Source of the DNA: an uncultured Treponemataceae bacterium
Lineage (GTDB): Bacteria; Spirochaetota; Spirochaetia; Treponematales; Rectinemataceae
Reading direction: 5' to 3'
Length of the DNA: 64,000 nucleotides
Assembly (NCBI GenBank): GCA_964491385.1
Contig: CAZBGA010000006.1
Location: forward strand, 5,445 to 69,444
Shown piece by piece: positions 17,071 through 24,069 of the stretch (its first letter is position 1; each line of letters starts with the position of its first letter). Under the pieces are notes generated by a model. The model had not been told where the DNA came from, did no database searches, and was given only the letters and a program-made list of their open reading frames with translations. The translations under genes and the position numbers were made by a program.

Positions 17071-17603
17071 CCCTGCACGCCATAAGCATCAAAGTCAACG
17101 GACAGTTCCGCGCCGCGACAGTAACGAGTCAAATGACGCTTCTGCAATTCCTCCGCGAGATCTTGCGCTTGACCGGGGTAAAGGATGGATGCGCCGAGGG
17201 CGATTGCGGTGCCTGCACCGTGATCTTCAACGGCAGGGCGGTGAAGTCTTGCCTGGTTCTGGCCGCCCAGGCCGACGGGGCCGAGGTGCTGACGATCGAG
17301 GGATTGAACGGGCCCGACGGCGAACTCCATCCGATCCAGAAGGCTTTTATGGAGATGGGCGCTGTGCAGTGCGGCTATTGCACACCGGGGATGATCATGA
17401 CCGCGAAGGCCCTGCTTGACGCCAATCCGAGGCCCACGCGCGGGGAGATTCGCGTGGCGATCTCCGGCAATCTGTGCCGATGCACGGGCTATTCGAAGAT
17501 CGTATCCGCCATCGAGCTTGCCGCCCTTCGCATCGCAAGCCTGAAGGCCGAGGACGGCTCCTGGGAGATCCTCGGGAAGGGAAAGTGCATCCATCATGAG
17601 TAG
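17067..17603 (+). CDS. [2Fe-2S]-binding (small, CoxS-like) subunit
   Basis: ATGA overlap with the FAD subunit. CAEGDCGACTV, QCGYCTPGMIM, CRCTGY cysteine motifs. Confidence 0.9.
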   Translation: MTLHAISIKVNGQFRAATVTSQMTLLQFLREILRLTGVKDGCAEGDCGACTVIFNGRAVKSCLVLAAQADGAEVLTIEGLNGPDGELHPIQKAFMEMGAVQCGYCTPGMIMTAKALLDANPRPTRGEIRVAISGNLCRCTGYSKIVSAIELAALRIASLKAEDGSWEILGKGKCIHHE

Positions 17604-19788
17604 CGAGTATCCTCAAGTAAACGATCTCATCGGCAGCCGATCGATACGCATCGACGCGCGGGAAAAAGTCACGGGTCAAGCGCAGTACCCTGCCGATCTT
17701 TTCATGCCAGGGATGCTATATGGACGCGTGCTGCGGAGTCCGCATCCTCATGCGCGGATCCTTTCCATCGATCTCAGCGAAGCCCGAGCGCTGCCTGGAG
17801 TGGTCGCGGCCCTCTGCGGGGATGACCTACCCGAGCCCGGCCTCTATGGGCTGAATTTCCCGGATCAATCTCCCCTGGCGCGAACGGGTGGCAAAGTCCG
17901 CTACGTGGGCGACGGCGTCGCGACAGTCGCCGCCCAGACGCCGCAGGCGGCCGAGGCGGCGCTGAATCTCATACGCGTGGAGTACGAAGTCTTGCCCGTC
18001 GTAAGCGACATGCGTGCGGCGCAATCGCCCGGTGCGCCCCTGGTCCACGAGAATCGCCCCGACAACATACTGCACAAAGCAGAGCTGCATCATGGCGATA
18101 TACAGGCGGGATTCGCCGGCGCGGACCTGATTATCGAAGGCACCTATGTCACGCCGCTGGTCGATCATGCCGTGCTGCAGCCCGAGGCGGGCTTGGCATA
18201 TATTGGCGACGATGGCCGCGTCAACCTTTGGGTCGCCACGCAGTGGGCCGACGAGGATAGGCGCCAGATCGCCGAAGCGCTGGACATCCCCAAGGAACGG
18301 ATTCGCGAGGTGATCACGGCCATAGGCGGCGCCTTCGGCCGTCGCGAGGACATTTCCGTCCAAATCATCCTCTGTTTCCTCGCGATCAAGACGGGACGGC
18401 CGGTCAAGTTCGTCTATTCTCGTACCGAATCCATGTTGGCGAGCACGAAGCGCCACCCCTTCGAGATGCGCTACCGCACCGGAGCGACTCGCGAAGGTAA
18501 GCTCACGGCCATGGAGATCGAGCTCTTGGCCAACGTCGGCGCCTACGCGTCCACGAGCCTCGTCGTCCTCAATACCGCCGTCACTCTCGCGACCGGCGCG
18601 TACGAGGTGCCCAATGTCGGCGTCGAAGCGAAGGCCGTGTATACCAACGCTCCGGTCACCGGGGCCTTCCGAGGCTTCGGCTCCAATCAGCCCAACTTCT
18701 CCGTGGAGATGGTGATGAGCAAACTCGCCGACGCCTTGGGCATGGATCCTGTCGAGCTCAGACGCCGGAACATCCTGCGCACGGGATCGGAGATGCATAC
18801 GGGAGAGGTGCTGAAGGGCGGTGTCGGAGGCATCCAATCGCTGGAAGCCGCAACGGCCCGCGCCGAGGAGCTCGGGCTGCGCCCAGGTCGTCATAGGTCC
18901 TCGGGGCGCAGGCGCATCGGCGTCGGACTGGCCTGCGGCTGCAAAAATATCGGCTACAGCCTCGGATGGGACGACCACGCAGGGGCGATCGTCGAGGCCT
19001 GGCCCGACCGGGCCGTGGTGAAGATCGGAGCCTGCGATGTCGGGCAGGGTTCCAATACCGTCTGGGCTCAGATAGCCGCGAGCACTTTGAAGCTGCCCTT
19101 GGGTTCTGTGAGTATCGCCCGCAACGACAGCGACGTCGTGCCCGATGCCGGGAGCAGCTCGGCCTCGCGCCAGACCTTCGTGTCCGGCAACGCAGTCCTG
19201 CAGGCCTCTTTGGAAGTCGCCGAGAAGCTCAGGGCCCTCGGACCGAATGCTCCTGATTCCGCGTTCCCGGTCATTGCTGAGGTGACCTACCATGCCCCCA
19301 AGACCTTTCCCTTCGATTCGAATGGTCAGACGGCGCGGCCGAGCTTCGGCTATGGCTTCGGCTGTCAGGTGGTCGAGCTGGAAGTCGATCCGGATACGGG
19401 CGATGTGCGGGTATTGCGAGTCGTCGCCGCGCACGACGTCGGCCGAGCCATTAACATGACCAATGTCGAGGGCCAGATCGAAGGCGGTTACCTCATGAGC
19501 CAGGGCTACAGCCTGACCGAGGACTACCCGTTGAAAGACGGTTGTCCGAAGGCCACGACCCTCGCTGCTTATATGGTTCCCACCGCGCTCGACGCGCCCG
19601 AGATCGTTCCCGTTGTGGTCGAAGAGCCGGACCTCTACGGACCCCTCGGCGCCAAGGGCGTCGGCGAGATGACTATGCTGCCGACGCCCGGCGCCATCGG
19701 GGCGGCCATTCACGACGCGGTGGGAGTCTGGATCGACGAGCTTCCGATGAGCCCGGAGCGTATTTTGCGTGCTATGGGAAAGCTGTAG
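17596..19788 (+). CDS. molybdopterin-binding large subunit (aldehyde oxidase/xanthine dehydrogenase family)
   Basis: 8-nt overlap with the Fe-S subunit. RVDAREKVTGQAQYPADL, GGAFGRRE, AFRGFG and GVGE motifs of the XDH a/b-hammerhead and Mo-binding domains. Confidence 0.9.
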   Translation: MSSEYPQVNDLIGSRSIRIDAREKVTGQAQYPADLFMPGMLYGRVLRSPHPHARILSIDLSEARALPGVVAALCGDDLPEPGLYGLNFPDQSPLARTGGKVRYVGDGVATVAAQTPQAAEAALNLIRVEYEVLPVVSDMRAAQSPGAPLVHENRPDNILHKAELHHGDIQAGFAGADLIIEGTYVTPLVDHAVLQPEAGLAYIGDDGRVNLWVATQWADEDRRQIAEALDIPKERIREVITAIGGAFGRREDISVQIILCFLAIKTGRPVKFVYSRTESMLASTKRHPFEMRYRTGATREGKLTAMEIELLANVGAYASTSLVVLNTAVTLATGAYEVPNVGVEAKAVYTNAPVTGAFRGFGSNQPNFSVEMVMSKLADALGMDPVELRRRNILRTGSEMHTGEVLKGGVGGIQSLEAATARAEELGLRPGRHRSSGRRRIGVGLACGCKNIGYSLGWDDHAGAIVEAWPDRAVVKIGACDVGQGSNTVWAQIAASTLKLPLGSVSIARNDSDVVPDAGSSSASRQTFVSGNAVLQASLEVAEKLRALGPNAPDSAFPVIAEVTYHAPKTFPFDSNGQTARPSFGYGFGCQVVELEVDPDTGDVRVLRVVAAHDVGRAINMTNVEGQIEGGYLMSQGYSLTEDYPLKDGCPKATTLAAYMVPTALDAPEIVPVVVEEPDLYGPLGAKGVGEMTMLPTPGAIGAAIHDAVGVWIDELPMSPERILRAMGKL

Positions 19789-19794
19789 GGAGCC

Positions 19795-22674
19795 ATGCCC
19801 CTCGCTTCGATCCGCGTTCAGGTCAACGATGAATGGCATATACTCGAACTGGACTCGAAGGCTTTCCTCCTGGAGGCCTTGCGGGACCATCTCGGCCTGA
19901 CTGGAACCAAGAACGGCTGCGGCTCGGGGCACTGCGGGGCGTGCACCGTCATCGTGGAGGGTGAGGCCGTTCGCGCATGCATCTATCGGGCCGGTCGCGC
20001 CGATGGCAAGCGAGTAGAGACGATCGAGGGCCTTGCGCGAGGCGGGACGCTCCATCCGCTGCAGCGGGCCTTCGCCGAATTGGGCGCCGTGCAGTGCGGC
20101 TATTGTACGCCGGGCATGATCATGTCCGCGAAGGCGCTCCTCGATCGCGTAGTCCGGCCTACGGACGATGAGATCAAGGAGGCGCTGAAACGCAATCTAT
20201 GCCGCTGTACCGGCTACGTGAAGATCATCGCCGCGATACGAGCGGCGGCCGACGAGCTTGCGGGTCGCGCGGCTGGTCCGCGGCCGTTCGAAGGGGCCGC
20301 GACCGCCGGGCGGGAGTCGACCCGCGGCGCGCCGCATGGCGATCCGAGTCACCGCATCCGGGGAGCCGAGCCCAAGCTCAATGTCGTCGGGCGAAGCCTG
20401 CCCCGCAAGGAATCCTATGCGCGAGTGACGGGCGAGGACCGCTACACGGGCGACCTGAGGCGACCAGGCATGCTCTACGCGCGCGCTCTCCGCTCGGTCT
20501 ATCCGCATGCCCGCGTGCTCAAGGTCGATGTCTCCTTCGCCCGCACCCTGCCGGGCGTCGTCGCGGTGTTGACGGCCGCCGACGTGCCCGGCGCCAAGAA
20601 CCACGGCATGATGCAGAAGGATTGGCCCGTCATCGCCTATGACAAGGTGCGTTACGTCGGCGACTCCCTGGCGATCGTCGCCGCCTATACGGAGACTCAG
20701 GCCGAGGCGGCTATCGCGGCCATCGAAGTCGAGTACGAGCCCCTGCCCGTCGTCACGGACCCCGAAGCTGGTCTCAAGCCCGACGCCGAGCGGGTGCACA
20801 GTAACGGCAACGTGCTCATGCATATACAATTCTCGAAGGGAAATATCGAAGCCGGCTTCGAGAAGTCCGATCTCATCGTAGAACGCACCTATCGCACTCC
20901 CTTCGGCGAGCATGCCTTCCTGGAGCCCGAGGCGGCCTTGGCCGAACCGGATCCCGAGACCGACGGCGTAGTAGTCTACGTGGGCTCTCAAGTACCCTTC
21001 GAGGACCGCGAGCAGATAGCCGCGAGCCTCGCGCTAAGGGATGAGCAGGTGCGCGTCGTGCACATGCCGACGGGAGGCGCCTTCGGCGGCAAGGAAGACA
21101 TCTGCTGCCAGATCCATGCGGCGCTGCTCGCGCGCGTGACCGGACGGCCGGTAATGATGGTTCTCGGTCGGCCCGAGTCCATGCGAGTACACCCCAAGCG
21201 ACATGCCACCATCATCACCTTGAGGACCGGGGCCTCTCGAGACGGGCGCATCCTCGCTCAAAGAGCGCGCATCATCGGGGACACGGGAGCCTACGCATCG
21301 CTGGGAGTACCGGTGATGACGCGCGCGGCGACGCACAGCATCGGCCCCTACGCAGTTCCCGATGTGGCGGTCGAGTGCTATGCCGTCTACACGAACAATC
21401 CTCCGGCCGGAGCCTATCGGGGTTTCGGCGTGACCCAGGTCCACTTCGCGGTGGAAACGCAAATGGACATCGTGGCCGAGAGTCTGGGTATCCGGCCCGT
21501 TGAAATACGGCGCATCAACGCGCTGAGAGTCGGCGCCGCGACTTCAACGGGCCAGGTGCTGACCGAGAGCGTGGGGCTCCTCGACTGCCTCGATGAGGTC
21601 GAGTCGCGTGTCAAGGCAGCGCGGGAGCGCGAAGCCAGAATCGAGAGGGAGCGCCCGCTGCCGCCCAGCCTCCATCGAGGCTGGGGAATGGCTGCCGCAT
21701 ACAAGAACGTGGGCCTCGGCAACGGACTGCCGGACAACTCGGAGGCGATCGTCGAGGCGCGACCCGACGGTCGCATCCTCGTCCGCGCCGGCGCCGCCGA
21801 GATAGGGCAAGGCCACGACGAGGTCCTGCGCCAGATCACGGCCGAAGTCCTCGGCGTCGGCGCGGACCAAGTGGACGTGATTCTTGGGGACACGGCCCTG
21901 ACGCCCGACTCGGGCGCGACGACCGCCTCGCGGCACACCTTCGTGACGGGTAATGCCGCCCGCGCGGCGGCGTCCATAGTGCGAGCCAGCCTCGCGGTCG
22001 CGGTCGCTCGAGCCCTCGAGTGCCCCGAGCAATCGCTGGCTTTCGAGAATAGCCTCGTCGCAAGCGTGATCGGCAAGGACGCTAACGGTCGCAAAATCGG
22101 CTTCCTCGACGCGATCGCCCTCGCCCTCGACGCAGGCGTGGCGACGAGCGCGAGGTATCTCTACGTTCCGCCCCGCACGGTCGGCCTGGGCGAGATCGGC
22201 GATAGCCACTTCTCCTTCGGTTACGGCGCGCAGGCCGCGCATGTGGAAGTGGATATCGATTCGGGATTGGTTCGCGTCCTGGAAGTGATCGCCGCGCATG
22301 ATGTCGGCCGGGCCATCAATCCGATGGCCGTCGAAGGCCAGATCGACGGAGGCGTAATGATGGGCATCGGCTACGCCCTGACCGAGCGCTTCGTCGTCGA
22401 AGACGGCTACGTGAAGAGCGATAATTTCGCCAAGTACAAGATCCCCGATATTACATACACCCCGCGCATCACCTCGATCATCGTCGAGCACCCGACGAGC
22501 GAGGGGCCGTTCGGAGCAAAAGGAGTGGGGGAGATCACTTCTATACCAACGGCCCCGGCTATCGCCAACGCCATCTATAACGCCGTGGGGCTTCGGTTTT
22601 TCTCGTTACCCATCGATCGCGATATGATAATGGCCGCTCTCGCCCCTGCGAAGGGGCAGCGAGATCAGGCGTGA
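19795..22674 (+). CDS. fused [2Fe-2S] + molybdopterin-binding XDH-family enzyme (E. coli XdhD-like architecture, 959 aa)
   Basis: N-terminus CGSGHCGACTV, QCGYCTPGMIM, CRCTGY. Then KESYARVTGEDRYTGDL, GGAFGGKED, AYRGFG, KGVGE. Confidence 0.85.
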   Translation: MPLASIRVQVNDEWHILELDSKAFLLEALRDHLGLTGTKNGCGSGHCGACTVIVEGEAVRACIYRAGRADGKRVETIEGLARGGTLHPLQRAFAELGAVQCGYCTPGMIMSAKALLDRVVRPTDDEIKEALKRNLCRCTGYVKIIAAIRAAADELAGRAAGPRPFEGAATAGRESTRGAPHGDPSHRIRGAEPKLNVVGRSLPRKESYARVTGEDRYTGDLRRPGMLYARALRSVYPHARVLKVDVSFARTLPGVVAVLTAADVPGAKNHGMMQKDWPVIAYDKVRYVGDSLAIVAAYTETQAEAAIAAIEVEYEPLPVVTDPEAGLKPDAERVHSNGNVLMHIQFSKGNIEAGFEKSDLIVERTYRTPFGEHAFLEPEAALAEPDPETDGVVVYVGSQVPFEDREQIAASLALRDEQVRVVHMPTGGAFGGKEDICCQIHAALLARVTGRPVMMVLGRPESMRVHPKRHATIITLRTGASRDGRILAQRARIIGDTGAYASLGVPVMTRAATHSIGPYAVPDVAVECYAVYTNNPPAGAYRGFGVTQVHFAVETQMDIVAESLGIRPVEIRRINALRVGAATSTGQVLTESVGLLDCLDEVESRVKAAREREARIERERPLPPSLHRGWGMAAAYKNVGLGNGLPDNSEAIVEARPDGRILVRAGAAEIGQGHDEVLRQITAEVLGVGADQVDVILGDTALTPDSGATTASRHTFVTGNAARAAASIVRASLAVAVARALECPEQSLAFENSLVASVIGKDANGRKIGFLDAIALALDAGVATSARYLYVPPRTVGLGEIGDSHFSFGYGAQAAHVEVDIDSGLVRVLEVIAAHDVGRAINPMAVEGQIDGGVMMGIGYALTERFVVEDGYVKSDNFAKYKIPDITYTPRITSIIVEHPTSEGPFGAKGVGEITSIPTAPAIANAIYNAVGLRFFSLPIDRDMIMAALAPAKGQRDQA

Positions 22675-23501
22675 TCGACCTGAGCAGTACGCTGATCTTG
22701 ATAAAGGGCGGCGGCGACTTGGCGTCGGGCGTGGCGATCAGACTCTTTCGCAGCGGTTTCCCGATAGCGATGACCGAGCTTCCGAATCCGCTCATGGTGC
22801 GTCGTACGGTATCTTTCGGTGAGGCCGTCACTGCCGGACGCGTTCAGGTCGAAGGCGTTACCGCCGTTCGCATCGATTGCGTCGAAGATGCCATACGGCT
22901 CCTGCAACTACGGAGAGCGGATAGGGCTATTCCGGTGATGGTCGATCCGGAAGCCCGGTGCCGATCGCCGTTGAATCCCGTAGCCATGATCGACGCGATC
23001 ATGGCCAAGCGCAACACCGGCACGAGCATGTCCGACGCGCCGCTCGTCGTGGCTCTCGGACCGGGATTCAGCGCGGGGAAGGATTGCCATGTCGTGATCG
23101 AGACTAACCGCGGCCATAATCTCGGCAGGCCGATCTACAAGGGCTGCGCCGAGCCCGATACCGGCATCCCCGGCGATGTCGGCGGCAGAACGGTGGAGCG
23201 TCTCCTGCGCGCTCCCGTTTCCGGTAGAATTAGAGGCCTGGTCGAGATCGGTGAAAGCGTCTCGCTCGGTCAAGTCCTGGCCTTGGTCGATGGACACGAG
23301 GTCCATTCCCGTTTGAACGGCGTGCTGCGCGGCCTCGTGCGGACCGGCGCATGGGTGAGCGCGGGCCTTAAGATCGGCGATGTGGATCCACGAGCCGAAC
23401 TTGATCACTGCTACCTGGTTTCGGACAAGTCGTTAGCTATTGGCGGAGGCGTACTGGAGGTGGTGCTGGGTTTTCTGACGGGAACACTGCCTGTGGAATA
23501 A
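22671..23501 (+). CDS. yqeB: YqeB-family selenium-dependent molybdenum hydroxylase system protein (assignment from memory of the family N-terminus)
   Basis: GTGA overlap with the preceding gene. LILIKGGGDLASGVAIRLFRSGFPIAMTELPNPLMVRRTVSFGEAVTAGRVQVEGVTA matches the pattern I recall for the YqeB/EF2563 family (IRGAGDLASGVAhRLhraGF...E...P..VRR.VaFa.AV..G...VEG). About 276 aa, as for stand-alone family members. Confidence 0.65.
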   Translation: MIDLSSTLILIKGGGDLASGVAIRLFRSGFPIAMTELPNPLMVRRTVSFGEAVTAGRVQVEGVTAVRIDCVEDAIRLLQLRRADRAIPVMVDPEARCRSPLNPVAMIDAIMAKRNTGTSMSDAPLVVALGPGFSAGKDCHVVIETNRGHNLGRPIYKGCAEPDTGIPGDVGGRTVERLLRAPVSGRIRGLVEIGESVSLGQVLALVDGHEVHSRLNGVLRGLVRTGAWVSAGLKIGDVDPRAELDHCYLVSDKSLAIGGGVLEVVLGFLTGTLPVE

Positions 23502-23653
23502 ATCCCATAATCACATTTAGGATGGGAGAAGATTGCCGTCACGTCGGGCTCGGTGACCATTTATGCCCCTTTAAGCTTGCCTTTCGACCGCCTGCGCCGC
23601 TTCTCGGCGCATCCTGCGCCCTGCCCTCGCTATGCGCTCGGGACAGCGGCTGC

Positions 23654-23679
23654 GGAGTTCGATTCTCCCAGGGCCCTAT
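23654..23679 (+). other. tRNA 3'-end-like fragment (T-arm plus acceptor 3' strand), inverted relative to tRNA-Glu
   Basis: GGAGTTCGATTCTCCCAGGGCC matches the 3' end of the adjacent tRNA-Glu (GGAGTTCGACTCTCCTAGGGGC) at 19 of 22 positions. No complete cloverleaf can be built. Confidence 0.5.
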
Positions 23680-23680
23680 T

Positions 23681-23718
23681 AAACGAGCAACCCGGCTGTA
23701 AAGCCGGGTTGCTCGTTT
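23681..23718. terminator. 17-bp perfect hairpin, bidirectional terminator between the yqeB operon (+) and the tRNA operon (-)
   Basis: AAACGAGCAACCCGGCT-gtaa-AGCCGGGTTGCTCGTTT. An A/T run at both stem ends gives a U-tract in either direction. Confidence 0.65.
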
Positions 23719-23789
23719 AGCCCCTAGGAGAGTCGAACTCCTCTTTAAAGATTGAGAATCTTTTGTCCTAACCGATAGACGAAGGGGCC
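23718..23789 (-). tRNA. tRNA-Glu (anticodon CTC), 72 nt, CCA not encoded
   Basis: Hand-folded cloverleaf: GGCCCCT TC GTCT ATCGGTTA GGAC A AAAGA TTCTCAA TCTTT AAAG AGGAG TTCGACT CTCCT AGGGGCT A. All stems pair (one G-U in the acceptor, one in the D stem). Confidence 0.9.
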
Positions 23790-23790
23790 T

Positions 23791-23829
23791 CGTGAAAGAA
23801 ACGATCTCGCAGAGATCGTTTCTTTCACG
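23791..23829. repeat. perfect 18-bp hairpin in the tRNA spacer
   Basis: cgtgaaagaaacgatctc-gca-gagatcgtttctttcacg. Confidence 0.85.
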
Positions 23830-23830
23830 G

Positions 23831-23859
23831 CGCGATTTTCCGCAAGGCGGAAAATCGCG
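23831..23859. repeat. perfect 13-bp hairpin in the tRNA spacer
   Basis: cgcgattttccgc-aag-gcggaaaatcgcg. Confidence 0.85.
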
Positions 23860-23868
23860 TACTCAATC

Positions 23869-23897
23869 TCGCGGAATCCGCAACGCGGATTCCGCGA
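23869..23897. repeat. perfect 13-bp hairpin in the tRNA spacer, related to the previous one
   Basis: tcgcggaatccgc-aac-gcggattccgcga. It shares the CCGC-aaN-GCGG core with hairpin 2. A further degenerate copy, gcggaatttctcgaattcgcg, lies at 23931-23951. Confidence 0.85.
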
Positions 23898-23953
23898 TCT
23901 GCCGGTGATTTTGCGCCTCGGAAGAACCCGGCGGAATTTCTCGAATTCGCGAG

Positions 23954-24024
23954 TTCCCCAGGGAGGATTCGAACCCCCACAAACAGATCCAGAGTCTGCT
24001 GTGCTACCATTACACAACCGGGGA
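23954..24024 (-). tRNA. tRNA-Gln (anticodon CTG), 71 nt, CCA not encoded
   Basis: Hand-folded: TCCCCGG TT GTGT AATGGTA GCAC A GCAGA CTCTGGA TCTGT TTGT GGGGG TTCGAAT CCTCC CTGGGGA A. U1-A72 is typical of bacterial tRNA-Gln. Confidence 0.9.
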
Positions 24025-24069
24025 AAGCCTAAACTATACTCGTACCTTACTTAATACCCGCGCTTTCCG

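Noticed and set aside
17827-20055. 742-aa minus-strand ORF
   Set aside because: It is antisense to the XDH large-subunit genes and has no motifs.
23560-23680. Plus-strand tRNA, tRNA-Sec or tmRNA 3' end suggested by GGAGTTCGATTCTCC
   Set aside because: The T-stem has a C-C mismatch. No 5' acceptor strand (GGGYYYT) lies within 70-100 nt. There is no TCA anticodon loop, and a 350-nt tmRNA would have to overlap yqeB. I interpret it as a partial inverted copy of the tRNA-Glu 3' end.
23791-23951. CRISPR-like array
   Set aside because: The repeats are individually palindromic hairpins of unequal length, with no unique spacers of constant size and no cas genes.
23745-24017. 90-aa and 61-aa ORFs
   Set aside because: They lie entirely over two tRNA genes and the hairpin spacer.
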